This document shows, piece after piece, positions 38,701 through 51,659 of a stretch of 64,000 nt of DNA. The notes beneath the pieces are model-generated. The model did not search any database. It saw only the letters and a list, made by a program, of their open reading frames with translations, and was not told the DNA's origin. The stretch's first letter is position 1, and the number at the start of each line of letters is the position of its first letter. This DNA is from the human T2T-CHM13v2.0 reference genome, Homo sapiens: the NCBI RefSeq assembly GCF_009914755.1, contig NC_060944.1, one strand, 5' to 3'. Made by a program: the position numbers and the translations under genes.

Positions 38701-41700
38701 GATATTTGGATAGCTTTGAGGATTTCTTGGGAAACGGGAATGTCTTCAGATAAACTCTAGACAGAAGCATTCTCAGAAACTTCTTTGGGATGTTTCAATT
38801 GAAGTCACAGTGTTGAACATTCCCTTTCACAGAGCAGGTTTGAAACACTCTTTTTGTAGTGTCTATAAGTGAACATTTGGCGTGCTTTCAGGCCTAACGT
38901 GAAAAAGGAAATATCTTCCCATAAAAACTAGACAGAAGCATTCTCAGAAACTTGTTCTTGATGTGTGCCCTCTACTGACAGAGTTGAACCTTTCTTTGCA
39001 AAGAGCAGCTTTGAAACACTCTTTTTGTAGAATCTGCAAGAGGATATTTGGATAGCTTGGAGGATTTCGTTGGAAACGGGTATGTCTTCAGATAAACTCT
39101 AGACAGAAGCATTCTCAGAAACTTCTTTGGGATGTTGCATTCAAGTCACAGAGTAGAACATTCCCATTCATAGAGCAGATTTGAAACACTCTTTTTGTAG
39201 TATCTGGAAGTGGACATTTGGAGCGCTTTCAGGCCTATGTTGAAAAAGGAAATATCTTCCCATAAAAACTAGACGGAAGCATTCTCAGAAACTTATTTGT
39301 GATGTGTTTGCTCAACTAACAGGATTGAACCATCGTTTTGAAGGAGCAGTTTTGAAACACTGTTTTCGTGGAATCTGCAAGTGGATATTTGGCTAGCTTT
39401 GAGGATTTCGTTGGAAACGGGATTACATATAAAAAGGAGACAGCAGCATTCTCAGAAACTTCTTTGTGATGTCTGCATTCAATTCACAGAGTTAAGCATT
39501 CCCTTTCATAGAGCAGGTTGGAAACACTCTTTTTGTAGTATCTGGATGAGGACATTTGGAGCGCTTTCAGGCGTATGGTGAAAAAGGAAATATCTTCCCG
39601 TAAAAACTAGACAGAAGCATTCTCAGAAGTTTATTTGTGATGTGTGCCCTCAACTAACAGAGTTGAACCTTTCTTTTGATAGAGCAGTTTTGAAACACTC
39701 TTTTTGTAAAATCTGCAAGAGGATATTTGGATAGCTTTGAGGATTTCGTTGCAAACGGGAATGGCTTCATATAAACTCTAGACAGAAGCATTCTCAGAAA
39801 CTTCGTTGGGATGTTTCGATTGAAGTCCCAGTGTTGAACATTCCCTTTTATAGAGCAGGTTGGAAACACTCTTTCTGCATTCCCTGGAAGTGGACATTTG
39901 GAGCGCTTTCAGGACGACGGTGAAAATGGAAATATCTTCCAAGAAAATCTAGATAGAAGCAACGTCAGAAACTTTTATGTGATGGATCTACTCAGCTAAC
40001 AGAGTTGAACCTTTCTTTTGAGAGAGCAGTTTTGCAACACTCTTTTTGTGGAATATGCAAGTGGATATTAGGGCAGCTTTGAGGATTTCGTTGGAAACGG
40101 GAATACATGTAAAAAGCAGACAGCAGCATTCTCAGAAACTTCTTTGTGATGTTTGCATTGAAGTCACAGAGTTGAACATTCCCTTTGAGAGAGCAGGTTT
40201 GAAACACGCCTTTTGTCATATCTGGAAGTGTCCATTCGGAGCGCATTCAGGCTTGTGTTGAAAAAGGAAATATCCTCCCATAAAAACTAGACAGAAGCAT
40301 TCTCAGAAACTTATGTGTGATGTATGTACTCAACTAACAGAACTAAACCATCGTTTTGAAGGAGCAGTTTTGAAACACTCTTTTTGCGGAATCTGCAAGT
40401 GGATATTTGGCTAGCTGGGAGGATTTCGTTGGAAACGGGAGTACATACAAAAAGCAGAGAGCAGCATTCTCAGAAACTTCTTTGTGATGTTTGCATTCAA
40501 GTCACAGAGTTGAACATTCCCTTTCATAGAGCAGGTTTGAAACACTCTTTTTGTAGTATCTGGATGTGGACATTTGGATCGCTTTCAGGCCTATGGTGAA
40601 AAAGGAAATATCTTCCCATGAAAACTAGACAGAAGCATTCTCAGAAACTTATTTGTGATGTGTGCCCTCAACTGACAGTGTTGAACCTTTGTTTTGATAG
40701 AGCAGTTCTGAAACACACTTTTTGTAAAATCTGCAAGAGGATATTTGGATAGCTTTGAGGATTTCGTTGGAAACGGGAATGTCTTCATGTAAACTCTAGA
40801 CAGAAGCATTCTCAGAAACTGCTTTGAGATGTTTCAATTGAAGTCCCAGTGTTGAACATTCCCTTTCATAGAGCAGGTTTGAAACACTCTTTTTGTACTA
40901 TCTGGAAGTGGACATTTGGAGCGCTTTCAGGTCTACGGTGAAAAAGGAGATATCTTCCAATAAAAACTAGATAGAAGCAATGTCAGAACTCTTTTCATGA
41001 TGTATCTACTCAGCAAACAGAGTTGAACCTTTCTTTTGAGAGAGCAGTTTTGAAACACTCTTTTTGTGGAATATGCAAGTGGGTATTAGGCCAGCTTGGA
41101 GGATTTCGTTGGAAACGGGAATACGTATAAAAAGCAGACAGCAGCATTGTCAGAAACTACTTTGTGATGTTTGCATTCAAGTCACAGAATTGAACACTCC
41201 CTTTCACAGAGCAGGTTTGAAACACTCTTTTTGTAGTGTCTGTAAGTGAACATTTGGATTGCTTTCAGGCCTAAGGTGAAAAAGGAAATATCTTCCCATA
41301 AAAACTAGACAGAAGCATTCTCAGAAACTTGTTTGTGATGTGTGCCCTCTACTGACAGAGTTGAACCTTTCTTTGCAAAGAGCAGTTTTGAAACACTCTT
41401 TTTGTAGAATCTGCAAGAGGATATTTGGATAGCTTTGAGGATTTCTTGGGAAACGGGAATGTCTTCAGATAAACTCTAGACAGAAGCATTCTCAGAAACT
41501 TCTTTGGGATGTTTCAATTGAAGTCACAGTGTTGAACATTCCCTTTCACAGAGCAGGTTTGAAACACTCTTTTTGTAGTGTCTATAAGTGAACATTTGGC
41601 GTGCTTTCTGGCGTAACGTGAAAAAGGAAATATCTTCCCATAAAAACTAGACAGAAGCATTCTCAGAAACTTGTTCTTGATGTGTCCCCTCTACTGACAG

Positions 41701-44700
41701 AGTTGAACCTTTCTTTGCAAAGAGCAGCTTTGAAACACTCTTTTTGTAGAATCTGCAAGAGGATATTTGGATAGCTTGGAGGATTTCGTTGGAAATGGGT
41801 ATGTCTTCAGATAAACTCTAGACAGAAGCATTCTCAGAAACTTCTTTGGGATGTTGCATTCAAGTCAAAGAGTAGAACATTCCCATTCATAGAGCAGATT
41901 TGAAACACTCTTTTTGTAGTATCTGGAAGTGGACATTTGGAGCGCTTTCAGGCCTATGTTGAAAAAGGAAATATCTTCCCATAAAAACTAGACGGAAGCA
42001 TTCTCAGAAACTTATTTGTGATGTGTTTGCTCAACTAACAGGATTGAACCATCGTTTTTAAGGAGCAGTTTTGAAACACTGTTTTCGTGGAATCTGCAAG
42101 TGGATATTTGGCTAGCTTTGAGGATTTCGTTGGAAACGGGATTACATATAAAAAGGAGACAGCAGCATTCTCAGAAACTTCTTTGTGATGTCTGCATTCA
42201 ATTCACAGAGTTGAGCATTCCCTTTCATAGAGCAGGTTGGAAACACTCTTTTTGTAGTATCTGGATGAGGACATTTGGAGCGCTTTCAGGCGTATGGTGA
42301 AAAAGGAAATATCTTCCCGTAAAAACTAGACAGAAGCCTTCTCAGAAGTTTATTTGTGATGTGTGCCCTCAACTAACAGAGTTGAACCTTTCTTTTGATA
42401 GAGCAGTTTTGAAACACTCTTTTTGTAAAATCTGCAAGAGGATATTTGGATAGCTTTGAGGATTTCATTGCAAACGGGAATGGCTTCATATAAACTCTAG
42501 ACAGAAGCATTCTCAGAAACTTCGTTGGGATGTTTCGATTGAAGTCCCAGTGTTGAACATTCCCTTTTATAGAGCAGGTTGGAAACACTCTTTCTGCATT
42601 CCCTGGAAGTGGACATTTGGAGCGCTTTCAGGACGACGGTGAAAATGGAAATATCTTCCAAGAAAATCTAGATAGAAGCAATGTCAGAAACTTTTATGTG
42701 ATGGATCTACTCAGCTAACAGAGTTGAACCTTTCTTTTGAGAGAGCAGTTTTGCAACACTCTTTTTGTGGAATATGCAAGTGGATATTAGGGCAGCTTTG
42801 AGGATTTCGTTGGAAACGGGAATACATGTAAAAAGCAGACAGCAGCATTCTCAGAAACTTCTTTGTGATGTTTGCATTGAAGTCACAGAGTTGAACATTC
42901 CCTTTGAGAGAGCAGGTTTGAAACACGCCTTTTGTCATATCTGGAAGTGTCCATTCAGAGCGCATTCAGGCTTGTGTTGAAAAAGGAAATATCCTCCCAT
43001 AAAAACTAGACAGAAGCATTCTCAGAAACTTATCTGTGATGTATGTACTCAACTAACAGAACTAAACCATCGTTTTGAAGGAGCAGTTTTGAAACACTCT
43101 TTTTGCGGAATCTGCAAGTGGATATTTGGCTAGCTGGGAGGATTTCGTTGGAAACGGGATTACATACAAAAAGCAGAGAGCAGCATTCTCAGAAACTTCT
43201 TTGTGATGTTTGCATTCAAGTCACAGAGTTGAACATTCCCTTTCATAGAGCAGGTTTGAAACACTCTTTTTGTAGTATCTGGATGTGGACATTTGGATCG
43301 CTTTCAGGCCTATGGTGAAAAAGGAAATATCTTCCCATGAAAACTAGACAGAAGCATTCTCAGAAACTTATTTGTGATGTGTGCCCTCAACTGACAGTGT
43401 TGAACCTTTGTTTTGATAGAGCAGTTCTGAAACACACTTTTTGTAAAATCTGCAAGAGGATATTTGGATAGCTTTGAGGATTTCGTTGGAAACGGGAATG
43501 TCTTCATGTAAACTCTGGACAGAAGCATTCTCAGAAACTGCTTTGGGATGTTTCAATTGAAGTCCCAGTGTTGAACATTCCCTTTCATAGAGCAGGTTTG
43601 AAACACTCTTTTTGTACTATCTGGAAGTGGACATTTGGAGCGCTTTCAGGTCTACGGTGAAAAAGGAGATATCTTCCAATAAAAACTAGATAGAAGCAAT
43701 GTCAGAACTTTTTTCATGATGTATCTACTCAGCAAACAGAGTTGAACCTTTCTTTTGAGAGAGCAGTTTTGAAACACTCTTTTTGTGGAATATGCAAGTG
43801 GGTATTAGGCCAGCTTGGAGGATTTCGTTGGAAACGGGAATACGTATAAAAAGCAGACAGCAGCATTGTCAGAAACTACTTTGTGATGTTTGCATTCAAG
43901 TCACAGAATTGAACACTCCCTTTCACAGAGCAGGTTTGAAACACTCTTTTTGTAGTGTCTGTAAGTGAACATTTGGATTGCTTTCAGGCCTAAGGTGAAA
44001 AAGGAAATATCTTCCCATAAAAACTAGACAGAAGCATTCTCAGAAACTTGTTTGTGATGTGTGCCCTCTACTGACAGAGTTGAACCTTTCTTTGCAAAGA
44101 GCAGTTTTGAAACACTCTTTTTGTAGAATCTGCAAGAGGATATTTGGATAGCTTTGAGGATTTCTTGGGAAACGGGAATGTCTTCAGATAAACTCTAGAC
44201 AGAAGCATTCTCAGAAACTTCTTTGGGATGTTTCAATTGAAGTCACAGTGTTGAACATTCCCTTTCACAGAGCAGGTTTGAAACACTCTTTTTGTAGTGT
44301 CTATAAGTGAACATTTGGCGTGCTTTCAGGCCTAACGTGAAAAAGGAAATATCTTCCCATAAAAACTAGACAGAAGCATTCTCAGAAACTTGTTCTTGAT
44401 GTGTCCCCTCTACTGACAGAGTTGAACCTTTCTTTGCAAAGAGCAGCTTTGAAACACTCTTTTTGTAGAATCTGCAAGAGGATATTTGGATAGCTTGGAG
44501 GATTTCGTTGGAAACGGGTATGTCTTCAGATAAACTCTAGACAGAAGCATTCTCAGAAACTTCTTTGGGATGTTGCATTCAAGTCACAGAGTAGAACATT
44601 CCCATTCATAGAGCAGATTTGAAACACTCTTTTTGTAGTATCTGGAAGTGGACATTTGGAGCGCTTTCAGGCCTATGTTGAAAAAGGAAATATCTTCCCA

Positions 44701-47700
44701 TAAAAACTAGACGGAAGCATTCTCAGAAACTTATTTGTGATGTGTTTGCTCAACTAACAGGATTGAACCATCGTTTTGAAGGAGCAGTTTTGAAACACTG
44801 TTTTCGTGGAATCTGCAAGTGGATATTTGGCTAGCTTTGAGGATTTCGTTGGAAACGGGATTACATATAAAAAGGAGACAGCAGCATTCTCAGAAACATC
44901 TTTGTGATGTCTGCATTCAATTCACAGAGTTGAGCATTCCCTTTCATAGAGCAGGTTGGAAACACTCTTTTTGTAGTATCTGGATGAGGACATTTGGAGC
45001 GCTTTCAGGCGTATGGTGAAAAAGGAAATATCTTCCCGTAAAAACTAGACAGAAGCATTCTCAGAAGTTTATTTGTGATGTGTGCCCTCAACTAACAGAG
45101 TTGAACCTTTCTTTTGATAGAGCAGTTTTGAAACACTCTTTTTGTAAAATCTGCAAGAGGATATTTGGATAGCTTTGAGGATTTCGTTGCAAACGGGAAT
45201 GGCTTCATATAAACTCTAGACAGAAGCATTCTCAGAAACTTCGTTGGGATGTTTCGATTGAAGTCCCAGTGTTGAACATTCCCTTTTATAGAGCAGGTTG
45301 GAAACACTCTTTCTGCATTCCCTGGAAGTGGACATTTGGAGCGCTTTCAGGACGACGGTGAAAATGGAAATATCTTCCAAGAAAATCTAGATAGAAGCAA
45401 CGTCAGAAACTTTTCTGTGATGGATCTACTCAGCTAACAGAGTTGAACCTTTCTTTTGAGAGAGCAGTTTTGCAACACTCTTTTTGTGGAATATGCAAGT
45501 GGATATTAGGGCAGCTTTGAGGATTTCGTTGGAAACGGGAATACATGTAAAAAGCAGACAGCAGCATTCTCAGAAACTTCTTTGTGATGTTTGCATTGAA
45601 GTCACAGAGTTGAACATTCCCTTTGAGAGAGCAGGTTTGAAACACGCCTTTTGTCATATCTGGAAGTGTCCATTCGGAGCGCATTCAGGCTTGTGTTGAA
45701 AAAGGAAATATCCTCCCATAAAAACTAGACAGAAGCATTCTCAGAAACTTATCTGTGATGTATGTACTCAACTAACAGAACTAAACCATCGTTTTGAAGG
45801 AGCAGTTTTGAAACACTCTTTTTGCGGAATCTGCAAGTGGATATTTGGCTAGCTGGGAGGATTTCGTTGGAAACGGGATTACATACAAAAAGCAGACAGC
45901 AGCATTCTCAGAAACTTCTTTGTGATGTTTGCATTCAAGTCACAGAGTTGAACATTCCCTTTCATAGAGCATGTTTGAAACACTCTTTTTGTAGTATCTG
46001 GATGTGGACATTTGGATCGCTTTCAGGCCTATGGTGAAAAAGGAAATATCTTCCCATGAAGACTAGACAGAAGCATTCTCAGAAACTTATTTGTGATGTG
46101 TGCCCTCAACTGACAGTGTTGAACCTTTGTTTTGATAGAGCAGTTCTGAAACACACTTTTTGTAAAATCTGCAAGAGGATATTTGGATAGCTTTGAGGAT
46201 TTCGTTGGAAACGGGAATGTCTTCATGTAAACTCTAGACAGAAGCATTCTCAGAAACTGCTTTGGGATGTTTCAATTGAAGTCCCAGTGTTGAACATTCC
46301 CATTCATAGAGCAGGTTTGAAACACTCTTTTTGTACTATCTGGAAGTGGACATTTGGAGCGCTTTCAGGTCTACGGTGAAAAAGGAGATATCTTCCAATA
46401 AAAACTAGATAGAAGCAATGTCAGAACTTTTTTCATGATGTATCTACTCAGCAAACAGAGTTGAACCTTTCTTTTGAGAGAGCAGTTTTGAAACACTCTT
46501 TTTGTGGAATATGCAAGTGGGTATTAGGCCAGCTTGGAGGATTTCGTTGGAAACGGGAATACGTATAAAAAGCAGACAGCAGCATTGTCAGAAACTACTT
46601 TGTGATGTTTGCATTCAAGTCACAGAATTGAACACTCCCTTTCACAGAGCAGGTTTGAAACACTCTTTTTGTAGTGTCTGTAAGTGAACATTTGGATTGC
46701 TTTCAGGCCTAAGGTGAAAAAGGAAATATCTTCCCATAAAAACTAGACAGAAGCATTCTCAGAAACTTGTTTGTGATGTGTGCCCTCTACTGACAGAGTT
46801 GAAGCTTTCTTTGCAAAGAGCAGTTTTGAAACACTCTTTTTGTAGAATCTGCAAGAGGATATTTGGATAGCTTTGAGGATTTCTTGGGAAACGGGAATGT
46901 CTTCAGATAAACTCTAGACAGAAGCATTCTCAGAAACTTCTTTGGGATGTTTCAATTGAAGTCACAGTGTTGAACATTCCCTTTCACAGAGCAGGTTTGA
47001 AACACTCTTTTTGTAGTGTCTATAAGTGAACATTTGGCGTGCTTTCAGGCCTAACGTGAAAAAGGAAATATCTTCCCATAAAAACTAGACAGAAGCATTC
47101 TCAGAAACTTGTTCTTGATGTGTCCCCTCTACTGACAGAGTTGAACCTTTCTTTGCAAAGAGCAGCTTTGAAACACTCTTTTTGTAGAATCTGCAAGAGG
47201 ATATTTGGATAGCTTGGAGGATTTCGTTGGAAACGGGTATGTCTTCAGATACACTCTAGACAGAAGCATTCTCAGAAACTTCTTTGGGATGTTGCATTCA
47301 AGTCACAGAGTAGAACATTCCCATTCATAGAGCAGATTTGAAACACTCTTTTTGTAGTATCTGGAAGTGGACATTTGGAGCGCTTTCAGGCCTATGTTGA
47401 AAAAGGAAATATCTTCCCATAAAAACTAGACGGAAGCATTCTCAGAAACTTATTTGTGATGTGTTTGCTCAACTAACAGGATTGAACCATCGTTTTGAAG
47501 GAGCAGTTTTGAAACACTGTTTTCGTGGAATCTGCAAGTGGATATTTGGCTAGCTTTGAGGATTTCGTTGGAAACGGGATTACATATAAAAAGGAGACAG
47601 CAGCATTCTCAGAAACATCTTTGTGAAGTCTGCATTCAATTCACAGAGTTGAGCATTCCCTTTCATAGAGCAGGTTGGAAACACTCTTTTTGTAGTATCT

Positions 47701-50700
47701 GGATGAGGACATTTGGAGCGCTTTCAGGCGTATGGTGAAAAAGGAAATATCTTCCCGTAAAAACTAGACAGAAGCATTCTCAGAAGTTTATTTGTGATGT
47801 GTGCCCTCAACTAACAGAGTTGAACCTTTCTTTTGATAGAGCAGTTTTGAAACACTCTTTTTGTAAAATCTGCAAGAGGATATTTGGATAGCTTTGAGGA
47901 TTTCGTTGCAAACGGGAATGGCTTCATATAAACTCTAGACAGAAGCATTCTCAGAAACTTCGTTGGGATGTTTCGATTGAAGTCCCAGTGTTGAACATTC
48001 CCTTTTATAGAGCAGGTTGGAAACACTCTTTCTGCATTCCCTGGAAGTGGACATTTGGAGCGCTTTCAGGACGACGGTGAAAATGGAAATATCTTCCAAG
48101 AAAATCTAGATAGAAGCAATGTCAGAAACTTTTCTGTGATGGATCTACTCAGCTAACAGAGTTGAACCTTTCTTTTGAGAGAGCAGTTTTGCAACACTCT
48201 TTTTGTGGAATATGCAAGTGGATATTAGGGCAGCTTTGAGGATTTCGTTGGAAACGGGAATACATGTAAAAAGCAGACAGCAGCATTCTCAGAAACTTCT
48301 TTGTGATGTTTGCATTGAAGTCACAGAGTTGAACATTCCCTTTGAGAGAGCAGGTTTGAAACACGCCTTTTGTCATATCTGGAAGTGTCCATTCGGAGCG
48401 CATTCAGGCTTGTGTTGAAAAAGGAAATATCCTCCCATAAAAACTAGACAGAAGCATTCTCAGAAACTTATCTGTGATGTATGTACTCAACTAACAGAAC
48501 TAAACCATCGTTTTGAAGGAGCAGTTTTGAAACACTCTTTTTGCGGAATCTGCAAGTGGATATTTGGCTAGCTGGGAGGATTTCGTTGGAAACGGGATTA
48601 CATACAAAAAGCAGACAGCAGCATTCTCAGAAACTTCTTTGTGATGTTTGCATTCAAGTCACAGAGTTGAACATTCCCTTTCATAGAGCATGTTTGAAAC
48701 ACTCTTTTTGTAGTATCTGGATGTGGACATTTGGATCGCTTTCAGGCCTATGGTGAAAAAGGAAATATCTTCCCATGAAGACTAGACAGAAGCATTCTCA
48801 GAAACTTATTTGTGATGTGTGCCCTCAACTGACAGTGTTGAACCTTTGTTTTGATAGAGCAGTTCTGAAACACACTTTTTGTAAAATCTGCAAGAGGATA
48901 TTTGGATAGCTTTGAGGATTTCGTTGGAAACGGGAATGTCTTCATGTAAACTCTAGACAGAAGCATTCTCAGAAACTGCTTTGGGATGTTTCAATTGAAG
49001 TCCCAGTGTTGAACATTCCCATTCATAGAGCAGGTTTGAAACACTCTTTTTGTACTATCTGGAAGTGGACATTTGGAGCGCTTTCAGGTCTACGGTGAAA
49101 AAGGAGATATCTTCCAATAAAAACTAGATAGAAGCAATGTCAGAACTTTTTTCATGATGTATCTACTCAGCAAACAGAGTTGAACCTTTCTTTTGAGAGA
49201 GCAGTTTTGAAACACTCTTTTTGTGGAATATGCAAGTGGGTATTAGGCCAGCTTGGAGGATTTCGTTGGAAACGGGAATACGTATAAAAAGCAGACAGCA
49301 GCATTGTCAGAAACTACTTTGTGATGTTTGCATTCAAGTCACAGAATTGAACACTCCCTTTCACAGAGCAGGTTTGAAACACTCTTTTTGTAGTGTCTGT
49401 AAGTGAACATTTGGATTGCTTTCAGGCCTAAGGTGAAAAAGGAAATATTTTCCCATAAAAACTAGACAGAAGCATTCTCAGAAACTTGTTTGTGATGTGT
49501 GCCCTCTACTGACAGAGTTGAAGCTTTCTTTGCAAAGAGCAGTTTTGAAACACTCTTTTTGTAGAATCTGCAAGAGGATATTTGGATAGCTTTGAGGATT
49601 TCTTGGGAAACGGGAATGTCTTCAGATAAACTCTAGACAGAAGCATTCTCAGAAACTTCTTTGGGATGTTTCAATTGAAGTCACAGTGTTGAACATTCCC
49701 TTTCACAGAGCAGGTTTGAAACACTCTTTTTGTAGTGTCTATAAGTGAACATTTGGCGTGCTTTCAGGCCTAACGTGAAAAAGGAAATATCTTCCCATAA
49801 AAACTAGACAGAAGCATTCTCAGAAACTTGTTCTTGATGTGTCCCCTCTACTGACAGAGTTGAACCTTTCTTTGCAAAGAGCAGCTTTGAAACACTCTTT
49901 TTGTAGAATCTGCAAGAGGATATTTGGATAGCTTGGAGGATTTCGTTGGAAACGGGTATGTCTTCAGATACACTCTAGACAGAAGCATTCTCAGAAACTT
50001 CTTTGGGATGTTGCATTCAAGTCACAGAGTAGAACATTCCCATTCATAGAGCAGATTTGAAACACTCTTTTTGTAGTATCTGGAAGTGGACATTTGGAGC
50101 GCTTTCAGGCCTATGTTGAAAAAGGAAATATCTTCCCATAAAAACTAGACGGAAGCATTCTCAGAAACTTATTTGTGATGTGTTTGCTCAACTAACAGGA
50201 TTGAACCATCGTTTTGAAGGAGCAGTTTTGAAACACTGTTTTCGTGGAATCTGCAAGTGGATATTTGGCTAGCTTTGAGGATTTCGTTGGAAACGGGATT
50301 ACATATAAAAAGGAGACAGCAGCATTCTCAGAAACTTCTTTGTGATGTCTGCATTCAAGTCACAGAGTTGAGCATTCCCTTTCATAGAGCAGGTTGGAAA
50401 CACTCTTTTTGTAGTATCTGGATGAGGACATTTGGAGCGCTTTCAGGCGTATGGTGAAAAAGGAAATATCTTCCCGTAAAAACTAGACAGAAGCATTCTC
50501 AGAAGTTTATTTGTGATGTGTGCCCTCAACTAACAGAGTTGAACCTTTCTTTTGATAGAGCAGTTTTGAAACACTCTTTTTGTAAAATCTGCAAGAGGAT
50601 ATTTGGATAGCTTTGAGGATTTCGTTGCAAACGGGAATGGCTTCATATAAACTCTAGACAGAAGCATTCTCAGAAACTTCGTTGGGATGTTTCGATTGAA

Positions 50701-51659
50701 GTCCCAGTGTTGAACATTCCCTTTTATAGAGCAGGTTGGAAACACTCTTTCTGCATTCCCTGGAAGTGGACATTTGGAGCGCTTTCAGGACGACGGTGAA
50801 AATGGAAATATCTTCCAAGAAAATCTAGATAGAAGCAATGTCAGAAACTTTTATGTGATGGATCTACTCAGCTAACAGAGTTGAACCTTTCTTTTGAGAG
50901 AGCAGTTTTGCAACACTCTTTTTGTGGAATATGCAAGTGGATATTAGGGCAGCTTTGAGGATTTCGTTGGAAACGGGAATACATGTAAAATGCAGACAGC
51001 AGCATTCTCAGAAACTTCTTTGTGATGTTTGCATTGAAGTCACAGAGTTGAACATTCCCTTTGAGAGAGCAGGTTTGAAACACGCCTTTTGTCATATCTG
51101 GAAGTGTCCATTCGGAGCGCATTCAGGCTTGTGTTGAAAAAGGAAATATCCTCCCATAAAAACTAGACAGAAGCATTCTCAGAAACTTATCTGTGATGTA
51201 TGTACTCAACTAACAGAACTAAACCATTGTTTTGAAGGAACAGTTTTGAAACACTCTTTTTGCGGAATCTGCAAGTGGATATTTGGCTAGCTGGGAGGAT
51301 TTCGTTGGAAACGGGATTACATACAAAAAGCAGAGAGCAGCATTCTCAGAAACTTCTTTGTGATGTTTGCATTCAAGTCACAGAGTTGAACATTCCCTTT
51401 CATAGAGCAGGTTTGAAACACTCTTTTTGTAGTATCTGGATGTGGACATTTGGATCGCTTTCAGGCCTATGGTGAAAAAGGAAATATCTTCCCATGAAGA
51501 CTAGACAGAAGCATTCTCAGAAACTTATTTGTGATGTGTGCCCTCAACTGACAGTGTTGAACCTTTGTTTTGATAGAGCAGTTCTGAAACACACTTTTCG
51601 TGAAATCTGCAAGAGGATATTTGGATAGCTTTGAGGATTTCGTTGGAAACGGGAATGTC

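Larger units (their letters stand above)
1..51659 (+). repeat. 19 consecutive 16-mer HOR units (U1-U19), each 2719 bp except U5 (2717 bp)
   Basis: Marker ORF starts are spaced by 2719 bp from 281 to 51940, except 11157 to 13874 (2717 bp). Confidence 0.97.
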
